Positions 35,743 through 46,165 of a DNA stretch of 64,000 bases are shown here, piece after piece; the first letter of the stretch is position 1, and each line of letters opens with the position of its first letter. Position numbers and translations under genes: made by a program. Below the pieces are notes generated by a model. That model worked only from the letters and a program-made list of their open reading frames with translations, was not told the DNA's origin and ran no database searches. The DNA lies in NCBI GenBank assembly GCA_046075565.1, contig JBJTQJ010000052.1, positions 32,001-96,000 on the forward strand, read 5' to 3'. This DNA is from Verrucomicrobiales bacterium. GTDB taxonomy: Bacteria; Verrucomicrobiota; Verrucomicrobiia; Verrucomicrobiales; SLCJ01.

Positions 35743-36213
35743 ATGGATACCCCACCGCCTCCACCACCTCCTTCCGAACCAGCCACCCCGCCACCACCTC
35801 CGCCGGCTGTGGCGAATGGCACGGCATCTTCGGAAACCGGGCTGGCACCGAACATCGCCGCTGCTCTGGCCGTCTTTTTCTCCTTAATCGGGGGCATCGC
35901 CTTTCTGGTGCTTGAGAAGAAAGACCAGTTCGTCCGCTTCCACGCCATGCAGTCCGTCATCTTCGGTGGCATCAATGTCGTCTTCTGGACGGTGTTTTCG
36001 GTTGCCGGGTTCATTCTCGCCTTTATTCCGTTCATCAATATCATCGCCGGCCTGGCGATGCTGATCGTCGGACCGATTGTCGGTTTGGTCATCCTCTGCA
36101 TCTGGGTCTTCCATGTCTTCAAGGCATTCAGCGGTCAGGAATACAGCCTGCCCTGGGTTGGCAAAATGGCCCGCCAGCAACTCGCCAAGATGGGTGGGCC
36201 TCCGGTGGCGTGA
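35743..36213 (+). CDS. DUF4870-like membrane protein
   Basis: GLAPNIAAALA, EKKDQFVRFHAMQS, YSLPWVG; Pro-rich N-terminus. Confidence 0.85.
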   Translation: MDTPPPPPPPSEPATPPPPPPAVANGTASSETGLAPNIAAALAVFFSLIGGIAFLVLEKKDQFVRFHAMQSVIFGGINVVFWTVFSVAGFILAFIPFINIIAGLAMLIVGPIVGLVILCIWVFHVFKAFSGQEYSLPWVGKMARQQLAKMGGPPVA

Positions 36214-36272
36214 CAAATTGCCCGCCGTGGTGTAATCTGCCGACATCGGGCCGCTGTGCCCGTCGCCTGCCC

Positions 36273-37601
36273 GTGATCCGATTTCCCATCCATCTTCGAA
36301 CCTGGCTTCCGGTCATTTTGGCCGGGTTGATGGTTTCTTGTGGAAAGTCCCCCACGGTCGAAACGAGCGATGAAGGGCACACGGACTCCACCGAGATCGC
36401 GGCCGAAGCCTTCGCGGAAGCTCCGGAAGTCGAGCCGGCCGCGCCCGTCTTCGTGCACGACAAGTCGCCGCAGGTTTCCATTCTGCTTTACCATGAGTTC
36501 TCCGCCTCGGGCGCTGCCACGGATATGACCATTCCGACGGCGGACTTCCGCGAGCAAATGCAACGCATCAAGGATAGCGGGCATGCGGTGATCAGCATGG
36601 AGGACTTCCTGGCTTGGAAACGCGGTGAAAAAAATATCCCCGATCCAAGTTTCATGATCACGATGGACGACGGATGGCGCTCGGTTTATACCGATGCCTA
36701 TCCCATTCTGAAGGAGTTCGGATTTCCTTTTACCATTTATCTCTACACGAATTATATAGCCGGCGGCAGCAAATCGCTGAGTATCGAGATGATCAAGGAG
36801 ATGTTGGACAACGGCGCGACCCTCGGGTGTCACAGCCGCAGCCATCCTTATCCTCCAACCGTGCGCGCGGCCGTGGCCAAGGGACCCGAGTCTGCCGCTG
36901 AGTTTTTCCGCCGTGAGATGGTGGAAACCGCCGACAAACTCGAAAGCCTGATCGGTGTGCGCCCGAAAACCTACGCTTACCCCGGTGGCTTCCATTTGCC
37001 CGAGATGGCCCCTTTCGCCGAAGAAGCAAAATACGAGGCCCTCTTCACCGTCAATCCCGCCAAGGTGACATGGGAAACACCGATGGACGAGGTCCACCGC
37101 TATGTCATTCTCGGCAAAGCATCATCCAGCTTCGCGTCGGCCACCTCGTTCAGCGGCATTCCGCTCGGTCGCCGCTTGCTCGGAGCGGATGGCAAGGAAT
37201 TGAAACTCGCGGTCGCGCCCGCCGATGGAAGCACCATCACGGAACGTCAACCGGAGATCACGGCTGATCTCACACCCATTCCCGATCTCGATCCCTCAAC
37301 GGTCTTCCTGCGCGTGACCGGACTGGGCCGGGTCGATGCGACTTTCGACCCCGCGACCAAACAATTGAGTTACCGCATGCCGGTGCGGCTGCGCCAGCCG
37401 GAATGTTCGGTTTTCCTTTACTGGAAACGTCTCAACGAGGAAGAATACGATGCGCCCATGGTATGGAGCTTCAACCTCGATCGACGCGCCAGTTTGTTGG
37501 GAGAAATTCCTCCGCCGCCAGCAGGCGCAAAAGCCCCGCCACCGGTCAACAACGCCTTGAACGCGCCCGCAGCTCCCTCTGAAAACGGAAAGCAAGGGTG
37601 A
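36273..37601 (+). CDS. Polysaccharide deacetylase family lipoprotein
   Basis: Lipobox LMVSC; ILLYH, ITMDDG, HSRSH, YAYPGG; start uncertain (36210-36273). Confidence 0.88.
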   Translation: MIRFPIHLRTWLPVILAGLMVSCGKSPTVETSDEGHTDSTEIAAEAFAEAPEVEPAAPVFVHDKSPQVSILLYHEFSASGAATDMTIPTADFREQMQRIKDSGHAVISMEDFLAWKRGEKNIPDPSFMITMDDGWRSVYTDAYPILKEFGFPFTIYLYTNYIAGGSKSLSIEMIKEMLDNGATLGCHSRSHPYPPTVRAAVAKGPESAAEFFRREMVETADKLESLIGVRPKTYAYPGGFHLPEMAPFAEEAKYEALFTVNPAKVTWETPMDEVHRYVILGKASSSFASATSFSGIPLGRRLLGADGKELKLAVAPADGSTITERQPEITADLTPIPDLDPSTVFLRVTGLGRVDATFDPATKQLSYRMPVRLRQPECSVFLYWKRLNEEEYDAPMVWSFNLDRRASLLGEIPPPPAGAKAPPPVNNALNAPAAPSENGKQG

Positions 37602-37688
37602 AGTGTTTCTCGCTCGCTTCGTGGCCAAGCCAGGAAACGCCTCCGCGCGTTGACAAAGCGCCCTGTCGGCCCGTCATTGTCCGCGCCC

Positions 37689-38507
37689 ATGCCGCCCCCT
37701 CCGTTCCAGAAGATTTTCGGCCCGCTTACCATGCCGGGTATCCTGCGCATTTGGGTCGGGTTCCAAGGCATCGTGTTTCTCCTTTTGATGGTGCGTGGTC
37801 CGGTCGGCGCGAGGGATATTTATGAAATGCTGATGCTGGATTGGGACCGGATCCTCAGCGGCCAAGTTTGGAGAGTGGTGAGTTTCATTCTTATACCTCC
37901 GGTCAGCCCGTTTTCCACGACCGGTCTCCTCTTCATGTTTTTCCTGGTGATGTTCACCTTCTTCGTGAACGACATCCTGGAGCAAGCTTGGGGCAGCCGG
38001 GGTCTGAGCGCTTTCTTTTTCACCGGCGTGGTCGCCTGCATCGGCGCAAGTTCCCTTTTCCCGCCCGCCCAGTTTTCCGCCGCCGCTTACCTCGGAGCGA
38101 GTGCCTTAATGGCTGCTTCGACGGTGGCCCCGCGATTGGAGGTCCGGTTGATGTTCGTGCTTCCGGTGCCGCTGTATGTCGTCGGTGGGTTGGCAGGCGT
38201 GGGATTGCTCGCCGATGTCTTCCGCATCGGGCGAGTCGCTCCGGCTTACTCGATGGTGCCGCTTTTGGCCGTGGCCAACTATCTGATCTGGGCCGTGCCG
38301 ATTTTCACGCGTTATCTCGCCCATCGCGGGGAGACCCGCGAGCGTCGCGCGCGCTTCGAGGAAGGGAAAGTGGCCAAAGGGGATGCCTTCCATACCTGTG
38401 AGTCCTGCGGCGCGACGGAAATCAGCCATCCGGACCACGAATTCCGCATTACCGCCGCCGGAAGGGAACTGTGTAACGTCTGTCGCGAGGAAGCCCCGAA
38501 GTCTTGA
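37689..38507 (+). CDS. Rhomboid-like membrane protein with C-terminal zinc ribbon
   Basis: ILSGQVWRVVSF, LEQAWG, several TMs; HTCESC...LCNVC tail. Confidence 0.75.
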   Translation: MPPPPFQKIFGPLTMPGILRIWVGFQGIVFLLLMVRGPVGARDIYEMLMLDWDRILSGQVWRVVSFILIPPVSPFSTTGLLFMFFLVMFTFFVNDILEQAWGSRGLSAFFFTGVVACIGASSLFPPAQFSAAAYLGASALMAASTVAPRLEVRLMFVLPVPLYVVGGLAGVGLLADVFRIGRVAPAYSMVPLLAVANYLIWAVPIFTRYLAHRGETRERRARFEEGKVAKGDAFHTCESCGATEISHPDHEFRITAAGRELCNVCREEAPKS

Positions 38508-38596
38508 GAATCAACGGGCCTTTGCCAGACGTTTCCTTACTGCGGTGACGCTGATTCGGTCGTGGACAAATTTGCCGGATTGGCGTCCATTTCCCT

Positions 38597-39649
38597 ATGA
38601 CTCCGCGTGCCCCTCTTCTCCTTTCTCTCGTGTTGCTCCTCACGCCGCTGGCCGGCGCCGGAGAACGACCGGAAGACCCGTTGGTCAAGTCCGCGCCTCC
38701 CTTGGCCACCACGCCGGATGATCCATCCATCGACACACGATTCAACTTGAAACGCCTGCCCGAAAACGACAGCGACCTGCAACTCATCCAGGCGGCCGTT
38801 GACAAATCCCTGCCCCGTTCCCTCAAGGCACTGGTCTGCATCGAAATGGGAGGCGGCTCCGGCAGCGGGGTCATTGTCTCCCCGAATGGTCTCATCCTTT
38901 CCGCCGCCCACGTGGTCATGGAGCCGGGCAAGGACCTCGACATCATTCTTCCGGGAGGAAAAAAAGTCAAAGCCGAGACCCTCGGCCTCGTGCCGGATAC
39001 GGATGCAGGTATGGCCCGTATCATCGACGAGGGCACCTACGACTATGTGCCCTTGGGCGATTACGCTTCGCTCAAACTCGGCCACTGGTGCTACGCACTC
39101 GGACATTCCGGTGGCTGGGATGAGAAACGCGGCCCGGTCGTGCGCATCGGTCGCATCATTCGCCTCAAGGACGGGACGATGCAGTCGGACTGCAAACTCA
39201 TCGGCGGCGATTCCGGTGGTCCCATCTTTGACATGCAGGGACGGCTGATCGGTATCAACAGCCGTGTGGGCAGCAACGTCGAGGAGAGTTTGCACTGCCC
39301 GACGGATGTTTACATTCGCGAGGACGTGCCAATGCGCAAAGGACTGGTGGTCGGCCAGGACGAGCCCGCGTTCTTCGGGGTCACTACCGTCGAAAACGAC
39401 GGCAAAGGCGTGCGGGTGACCAAAGTGCTGGAAGACGGACCGGCGGACAACGCGGGTTTGAAAGAGAAAGACACCATCCTCTCCGTTTTTGGTGAAGCCA
39501 TCGCCGACAAGGCGGCTTTTTCCGCCATCATCAGCGCGACCAAAGCGGGTGAGCGCATCCCCATTCGCGTGCGCCGGGCCGATGGGAAGGAAGAAGATAT
39601 CTGGATGCGTTCAACCAGCCGTGATGGCTTCGACGTGATGGGCACGTGA
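38597..39649 (+). CDS. Trypsin-like (HtrA/S1C) serine protease with PDZ domain
   Basis: GSGVIV, SAAHVV, DAG, GGDSGGP triad; C-terminal PDZ. Confidence 0.92.
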   Translation: MTPRAPLLLSLVLLLTPLAGAGERPEDPLVKSAPPLATTPDDPSIDTRFNLKRLPENDSDLQLIQAAVDKSLPRSLKALVCIEMGGGSGSGVIVSPNGLILSAAHVVMEPGKDLDIILPGGKKVKAETLGLVPDTDAGMARIIDEGTYDYVPLGDYASLKLGHWCYALGHSGGWDEKRGPVVRIGRIIRLKDGTMQSDCKLIGGDSGGPIFDMQGRLIGINSRVGSNVEESLHCPTDVYIREDVPMRKGLVVGQDEPAFFGVTTVENDGKGVRVTKVLEDGPADNAGLKEKDTILSVFGEAIADKAAFSAIISATKAGERIPIRVRRADGKEEDIWMRSTSRDGFDVMGT

Positions 39650-39670
39650 ACCACTGATCACACCAATACC

Positions 39671-40654
39671 ATGAGAACAATCTTCATCCTCATCACCGCG
39701 ATTCTGTCCTCTGCTGCCCTTGCGCAGGTCGATGCCTTGCCCGCCACCGAACGAGTGAATGGCATGGAAACCACCCGCGCGTTCACCGCCGCCATCGCAT
39801 CCATGCGCGCGAGCGTGCTCACGTTGCACAACCCCGGAGAACGGGATCCCATGGCCATGGCCACCTTGGTTGCTCCGGGCATCGCCGTCGCCAAAGCCAG
39901 TGATCTCGAAGGCAAAAGCTCGTTCGAGGCCCGCGACGAACGCCGCCGGACGATCAAGGTTTCCCTCGACCGCGTGGATGAGCCGTCGGATCTCGCCGTC
40001 CTGAAAGTGGAGTGGGAAGGCGGCAAACCCATCAACTGGGCCGATGATGCACCCCAACTCGGAAAGTGGGTGGTCGCCACCACGCCCCGCATTGGCATGG
40101 TGCGTGTCGGTTTGAATGCCGCCAACATGCGTCCCATCGATAGCCGCGGCGCCAGCCTCGGAGCCATGCTCGAGGATGCACCGAAGAAAAAGAAGGGTTG
40201 TCTGGTTGGTGATGTCATCCCCGATGCGGCCGCACAGAAAGGTGGCATGGAGAAAGAAGACATCATCGTGAAGGCCGGTGACAAGGCTATCACCAAACGG
40301 GAGGATCTTTCCGAATACCTCAAAGCGAAAAAGCCCGGTGAGGTCGTGAAGTTTGAAGTCCTGCGCAAGGGCAAATCGGTGAAACTCGACGTCACGCTCG
40401 ACTCGCCTTCGGACGTGCTCGACAAGATGAACCGCAACCAGCAGATGAGCGGTCGCACCTCCCGGCGCAAGGATCCCTTCCCGATGATCCTGCAAACCGA
40501 TATCCCCGTGCCGCCGGAATCCATGGGCAGTCCCTTGCTCAATCTCGACGGTCTCGCTATCGGCATTCTCATTTCCCGCACCGACCGCGTCACCACCTAC
40601 GCCTTGCCAAAGGACGTGGTGCTCAAGGTGTTGGAAGGTGTGGCGAAGGAGTAA
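39671..40654 (+). CDS. PDZ protein with degenerate trypsin-like domain
   Basis: Signal peptide, SDLAVLKV, internal PDZ, QTD...MGSPLLNLDG..IGI; catalytic His and Ser absent. Confidence 0.82.
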   Translation: MRTIFILITAILSSAALAQVDALPATERVNGMETTRAFTAAIASMRASVLTLHNPGERDPMAMATLVAPGIAVAKASDLEGKSSFEARDERRRTIKVSLDRVDEPSDLAVLKVEWEGGKPINWADDAPQLGKWVVATTPRIGMVRVGLNAANMRPIDSRGASLGAMLEDAPKKKKGCLVGDVIPDAAAQKGGMEKEDIIVKAGDKAITKREDLSEYLKAKKPGEVVKFEVLRKGKSVKLDVTLDSPSDVLDKMNRNQQMSGRTSRRKDPFPMILQTDIPVPPESMGSPLLNLDGLAIGILISRTDRVTTYALPKDVVLKVLEGVAKE

Positions 40655-40709
40655 GCGGGAAAGACCGGGACGCCTTACCACGGTCAGGAACGTGGCCGAC
40701 CTTGAAAGC

Positions 40710-40813
40710 GGCAGGGACCGCTGTCCCAACAGTCCGTGAGCTCGCGAGGAAATCGCAAACGCAGAAGTGTGGCGGATCTTCTCCCGCGGACGTTTGGGAC
40801 AAACGTCCCTGCC
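40710..40813. repeat. Inverted REP-like pair (GGCAGGGAC..TGTCCCAA)
   Basis: GGCAGGGACCGCTGTCCCAAC and TTTGGGACAAACGTCCCTGCC. Confidence 0.65.
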
Positions 40814-40941
40814 CTTGTCGTTTGGACGATGGTGTGGCATCAGCGATCACAGCACCACAAGGCCGGGAGCACATGCTCCGTGCCAGCGTTTCCCCCATTT
40901 CCCCGCTTGTCGCATGGCCAGACGGGGTGTTGAGTTGACAG

Positions 40942-42132
40942 ATGTAAATCCTCGTCCATGACTACGCCGGCCATGCCTTTCCCGTGCCTTTGAGCAGGGC
41001 CTTGGCTGCCCGTGGTCACGAGGTGGCCCACGCCTTCCCATCCAGCCTGCAAACCCCGCGCGGGGAACTCCGCCGCCGCGATGGCGATCCCACCGGACTT
41101 TCGTTCCACGAGATCGCCATGGATCCAGAGTATCCGAAATACAAATACTCGTTCGTGCGCCGGCGCTCCATGGAGGTCGCCTACGGGCACGCGGCCGCCG
41201 CCTTTATCCGGTCGTGGAAACCGGATATCACCATCTCCGGCAACACCCCCACGGAAACCCAGGAGCCGATCAGCCGGGCCGCCAACGAGAACGGGGGGCG
41301 ATTCTACTACTGGGTGCAGGATTTCTACAGCCTGGCCGTGGACAAACTGCTGCGGAAAAAGATCCCCATCGTCGGAGGTTGGGTCGGGGCCTACTATAAG
41401 ATGTTAGAAAGGAAGCAGTTCGAGCGCAGCTCCGGCGTGGTCGCCATCACGGGCGATTTCACGCCGATCCTGCGTGATGAGTTCGGCGCGCCCGAATCAA
41501 AGGTCGCGGTCATTCCGAATTGGGCGGTGCTCGAGGCGCTGCCGCAGCGGCCGAAGGACAACCCATGGTCCCGACGCATGGGTTTGCACGACAAATTCGT
41601 TTTCCTTTGCTCGGGAACGCTCGGCATGAAACACAATCGCGCGCTCTTGCTCGAACTCGCGCGAACCCATCGCACCAATCCCGAGGTCCGCGTGGTCGTG
41701 GTTTCCGAAGGAATCGGCTCCGAGTGGTTGAAAAAGGAATCCGCCGATTTGCCCAACCTTATTCTTCTTCCTTACCAGGACTTCTCCGAACTGCCCGACA
41801 TGCTGGCGAGCGGCGATGTGTTGGTGAGCGTGCTCGAGGAAGACGCCGGGGTCTTTTCCGTGCCATCCAAGGTCCTCAGCTATCTCTGTGCCGGACGCGC
41901 CATCCTGCTTGCCGTGCCGGAGGTGAATCTCGCCGCGCGGATCGTGCGCGAACACGAAGCGGGCTTGACCGTGCCACCGGCAGATATGGCGGGCTTCCTC
42001 CGCGCCGCCGCCGCGTTGCTCGCCGACCCCGCCGAGCGGGAGCGCAAGGGAAGCAACGCGCGCAGTTACGCCGAAGCCACTTTCGATATCGAGGAAACGA
42101 CAAGGAAGTTCGAATCGCTGTTCCGCATCTAG
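40942..42132 (+). pseudogene. Family 4 glycosyltransferase with a stop at codon 2
   Basis: ATG TAA ATC CTC GTC CAT GAC TAC = M*ILVHDYAGH, in frame with the GT4 body (RGHEV, IPNW, VPSKVLSYL); a shortened product from GTG 40984 is possible. Confidence 0.75.
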
Positions 42133-42139
42133 CAACCCC

Positions 42140-43311
42140 ATGTCGCGTATACTCTGGATCACACGGCAAGACACCCGGCCACTTGATAGTGGCGAGTTAA
42201 TCTATTCCGGCGGATTGCTGCAATCGCTCGCCGCCACCGGACAATTCGAGATCACCGTGCTCGCGCACGATGCGAAGAAAAACGTGGCCGAGGGACCGGA
42301 CGTACACTGGAAGTTAACCGGCCCCATCCCGACCAACCGCTGGAAAGCAATGTTCACCAGTTGGCCCACGGATGCCTGGAGGTTGGGCAACGACCGATCC
42401 CGCGCCGCCTTGCGGCAACTGCTGGGCGAACAAATATGGGATTGGGTGGTCATCGACCAGGCCGCCTGTGCCTGGGCTTGGATGAACTCGCCGGCCACCG
42501 CTCCCGCTGGGGCAAACTCGCTTACATCGCCCACAACCGCGAAGCCGATGTGCGCCGGCAAATCGCTGCCGAGGGAGATGGCTCATGGCCGATGCGCATG
42601 GCCTTGCGATTGGATGCGAGCAAATACGCCGCCATGGAAGATCGTCTGGCCGCCGCAGTCGATCTCGTGACCGCCATCACTCCGCGTGATGAACAGCTTT
42701 TCCTGCAAGCACATCCCGGCAAGACCACCATCTTCCTGCCACCGGGTTATGTTGGCAATCCCCATGATGGACTGGGCCTGAATGCAGAAACCCCGGTCGC
42801 CGTCGTGCTTGCCGGGGCTTTCGAATGGCTCGCCAAACGCCGCAACCTCGAATCGTTCCTCACCGCCGCCACGCCTGTTTTCCCAAAGCAAGGCATAAGC
42901 TTCACCGTGGTTGGCAAAGCTCCGGACGGCTACTTCGATGCTCTGAAAGCGAAATTCCCATGGTGCGAATGCGCCTGCAATGTGCCGAGCATCGCACCAT
43001 GGCTCGACGGAACCCGCATCGGCCTCATTCCCGAAGCCCTCGATGGCGGGTTCAAAATCAAGGCCCTCGATTACATCTTCCGTGGACTGCCGGTCGCCGC
43101 CATCCGACCCGCCTTGAGCGGACTTCCCATCGACCCCAATTTTGATGCCATCGTCGCCGACGACCAAGATGGCCTCGTGCGCGCGATCGCAGAACGAATT
43201 CACGACATTGATTTCCTCACCCGCGCCGCAAACTCCGCGCTCGAGAAATGTCGTAACTCTTTCGACTGGAAGGATCGAGGCGTGGCGCTGGCCGGTGCGT
43301 TGCGGAGTTGA
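42140..43311 (+). pseudogene. Glycosyltransferase with a 1-nt frameshift near 42478
   Basis: MSRILWITRQDTRPLDSGELIYS...DQAACAWA in one frame; DELAGH...YIAHNRE...GGFKIKALDY continues in another. Confidence 0.8.
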
Positions 43312-43319
43312 TCGCTTTA

Positions 43320-43423
43320 CAGGGCAAGACCGGGACGGTCTTGTTACGACTCCGATGGATTCTCAAGGGCCATATCCTCTTGAGTCTCCATTTCAATCGT
43401 AGCAAGAGCGTCTCGCTCTTGCC
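43320..43423. repeat. REP doublet (GTAG-CAAGA family), copy 2
   Basis: Reverse complement of 1230-1333 with about 8 mismatches in 104 nt. Confidence 0.88.
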
Positions 43424-43507
43424 ATGCTGGGATAAGGCGAAAGAGACGATGATGGTCATCAACACTTTCGCAAAGTAACGAGCATGGGAGCTAAAATGAT
43501 TGCGACC

Positions 43508-44296
43508 TCAAGTCCCGAGCCAACGATGGAAATTTTCCTGCAGACGTTGTGATAACTCTGATGGCGGAAGACCGCGCCATGTCCCGAGGATTTCCGCATA
43601 GCGCGCGAGATTGCCGGGATGATGCCGCCTCGGGTTGTCGAGGTGATGGGTTCGGCACTCTTCCGGAGCGGCCATATCGGGCGCATCCGTTTCGATGAGG
43701 ATGTTTTCCAATGGCATCGAGGAAAAGGTCTCGCGGGCCGCGCCTTTACGGGGCTGCAGGGCGTAGCCTCCGAACCCTAACAAACACCCGTCTTCAATCC
43801 ACACACGCGCTCGATCCGGGCTTCCGGTGAAGCCGTGGAGCAAGCAACGTCCCGGGCGGCGTGGCAATGTCGGCCATTGGCGTTCGAGATCTTCCCATGC
43901 TTTCAGGCAATGGATCGTGACCGCGCGCCCGAGGTCAGCGGCCAATTCCATCTGGGAGACAAAGACCCCGCTCTGGATGTTGATGTCAGGGCCTTTTACC
44001 CAACGATCGAGTCCGATTTCCCCAACCGGGCAACCCGGGAATTGCTCGAGATAGCCAGCCAATGTTTCCAGCCAAGCCGGGGTGCGGTCCGCAACGTGCC
44101 ATGGATGCAAACCGAAAGAGGGGATGACAAACCCGGGAAACTCCCTCGCCAAACGTGCTACTTCCGACCAGTCGCTTTCACGGGTTCCATTGACCACCGC
44201 GCGTCCAATGCCGAGATCTTGCAGCGACGCGACAAATCCGGCGTCGAGTGGTGGCAGTCGCGAATCGTGCAGGTGATTGTGGGCATCAATCCACAT
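43508..44296 (-). CDS. tatD: TatD family hydrolase
   Basis: IDAHNHL, GLHPW, VGEIGLD, LLHGF, ILIETDAP. Confidence 0.93.
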   Translation of the reverse strand: MWIDAHNHLHDSRLPPLDAGFVASLQDLGIGRAVVNGTRESDWSEVARLAREFPGFVIPSFGLHPWHVADRTPAWLETLAGYLEQFPGCPVGEIGLDRWVKGPDINIQSGVFVSQMELAADLGRAVTIHCLKAWEDLERQWPTLPRRPGRCLLHGFTGSPDRARVWIEDGCLLGFGGYALQPRKGAARETFSSMPLENILIETDAPDMAAPEECRTHHLDNPRRHHPGNLARYAEILGTWRGLPPSELSQRLQENFHRWLGT

Positions 44297-44720
44297 GGGA
44301 ATCCAGCGCCTCTTTTGCGAGAGTTTGGATACGCGTCACCACGGATGCGAGTCCGTTCAGACGCGTCGGGGTGATCTGACGTTCCAGTTTCAAGCGGGCA
44401 GGCCAATCGAGATTGATGGCAGCCAATTCCCTGGCGGAACAACCATCCGCGAGCCGGACGGTCACGCCGACGAGTCCGCGCACCATGACGGAATCGGCGA
44501 GGACGCGAAAATGAAGGCTGGTGATATCACCATCCACCGCGAGATGAACCCTCGACACGCAACCGTGAACGCGGTTTGTTTCGGTACCGAGTGCTTCGGG
44601 AAGTTCGGTCGCTTTTTTCCCCCAATTCGCGAGCGCGCCCAATCGCTCCTGAGGATCCGGCAGTAGAAGCATGTCTTCCACCAACGTGTCCAAGCGGGCT
44701 TCGATTTCCATGCGGCTCAT
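44286..44720 (-). CDS. sufE: SufE family Fe-S assembly protein
   Basis: VHGCVSRV, ADSVMVRGL, ITPTRLNGL. Confidence 0.9.
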   Translation of the reverse strand: MSRMEIEARLDTLVEDMLLLPDPQERLGALANWGKKATELPEALGTETNRVHGCVSRVHLAVDGDITSLHFRVLADSVMVRGLVGVTVRLADGCSARELAAINLDWPARLKLERQITPTRLNGLASVVTRIQTLAKEALDSHVD

Positions 44721-45259
44721 GGTGCCAGCGCTTGTTCAATGGCCGCGATGACCTCCGGGCTCTCCGGTTTTTGTTTTGGCTCGAAACGGGCCAGTGGTTT
44801 CCCATCCTTCCCGATGAGGAATTTGCCGAAGTTCCACTTCACGTCACCGGGGAAAGCGCCATCCTTGCCGGTGAGGGCAGTATAAAGCGGATGCTGTTCC
44901 GCGCCCTTCACGTGGATTTTTTCCATGAGGGGAAAACTGACCTTGAAACGATTGCTGCAGAATTCCTGGATTTCCTCGGCGGTGCCGGGTTCTTGTCCTC
45001 CGAAGTCATTGCAGGGAAAAGCGATGACCGTGAAGCCCTTGGCGGAGAATCGCTGGTGAATTTTCTCGAGTTCCTCGTATTGCGGGGTCAGTCCGCATTT
45101 GGACGCGGTATTCACCACCAGCACCACCTTACCGCGATGGGCTGCCAGGCTGGTGCTCTCTCCGGTGATGGTTTTGAAGGGAATTTCGGCAAGGTCACCG
45201 GCCAGAGCGCAAACGCCGGAACCGAGAATGGCGAGGGTGGAAAGGAAAATGCGGATCAT
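44717..45259 (-). CDS. Glutathione peroxidase (Cys-type, signal peptide)
   Basis: VNTASKCGLT, FPCNDFGGQEPG, KWNFGKFL. Confidence 0.95.
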   Translation of the reverse strand: MIRIFLSTLAILGSGVCALAGDLAEIPFKTITGESTSLAAHRGKVVLVVNTASKCGLTPQYEELEKIHQRFSAKGFTVIAFPCNDFGGQEPGTAEEIQEFCSNRFKVSFPLMEKIHVKGAEQHPLYTALTGKDGAFPGDVKWNFGKFLIGKDGKPLARFEPKQKPESPEVIAAIEQALAP

Positions 45260-45355
45260 AATGCCGAAGATACGCGTTCGGGAGCGGCCACGTTTCGCCG
45301 GAAATGGGAACATGGGTTACGTTGACGGTTCGTCCGTGAAGTTCGTGCGAACGCT

Positions 45356-46165
45356 TCACGGAACATTTTCGGAACGATGCGGGTTCCAGAAACCATTCTC
45401 CTCATCGGGGCCGAACCAGCCGAGGCCGGCAGCATCCGCGTCCCCGCCATGGGGGTTCTCACCGACCGCCCGGGTATTTTTTGGTTCGGCGGTCACGCGT
45501 CCATCGCACCAGGCGACGAGGGCTTTTCCATTCGCGCGGAAATGCACGGTGGGTGAGGGGCGTTGGCCGCTCGGACCGGCGCCGAAATCCCAGAAGGGCG
45601 GTTCGCAATAAGGGTATTCCTGAATTCCACCTTCGCGCGCGTAGGCCGTGGTCGCGAACATGACGGTGTGTGCGGGATTGCCGACACGGCCCGGATGTTC
45701 GGGAATCCGCAGGCCGCTCGCGCGGTCGAATTTTCCTCCCGGCCGGCCGCCGATGTATTGCGCGTTGTATCCATATCCCCCGGTGCCGGTTTCAAAACTC
45801 TCCTTGCCTTCGACCATGGCCGTGAGCAAAGGACAGGGTGTAATCTGACGCGATTTTCCCAGATAGGGGGCGAGGAATCCATCTTCCGGAGCAAATGCCT
45901 GACCTCCTTTGCGCGCGCCGTGCCAGCGCTTGTTGTTTGTCCGGTCATCGGCCGGAGCGAAGGTGCCGTGATCCGCGACATACAGCAGATTGGCGGCGGC
46001 CAGTTGCCCGAGGTTCTGGCTACTGCGTGCGATGCGGGCGCCTGTGACGGCTTTCTGCAAGCTTCCAAAACCAACAACCGCCAGCACCGCGATCACGACG
46101 AGCACGATGAGCAGCTCGACGAGCGTGAAGCCGGGGCGTCGGAAGTTGGCAGTTGGAAAATTCAT
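45356..46165 (-). CDS. Prepilin-type N-terminal cleavage/methylation protein, H-X9-DG-like C-terminus
   Basis: RPGFTLVELLIVLVVIAVLA; SQNLGQL..A..LY..DH; GYGYN; HFRANGKALVAWCDG; start overlaps the upstream stop (TGATG). Confidence 0.9.
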   Translation of the reverse strand: MNFPTANFRRPGFTLVELLIVLVVIAVLAVVGFGSLQKAVTGARIARSSQNLGQLAAANLLYVADHGTFAPADDRTNNKRWHGARKGGQAFAPEDGFLAPYLGKSRQITPCPLLTAMVEGKESFETGTGGYGYNAQYIGGRPGGKFDRASGLRIPEHPGRVGNPAHTVMFATTAYAREGGIQEYPYCEPPFWDFGAGPSGQRPSPTVHFRANGKALVAWCDGRVTAEPKNTRAVGENPHGGDADAAGLGWFGPDEENGFWNPHRSENVP

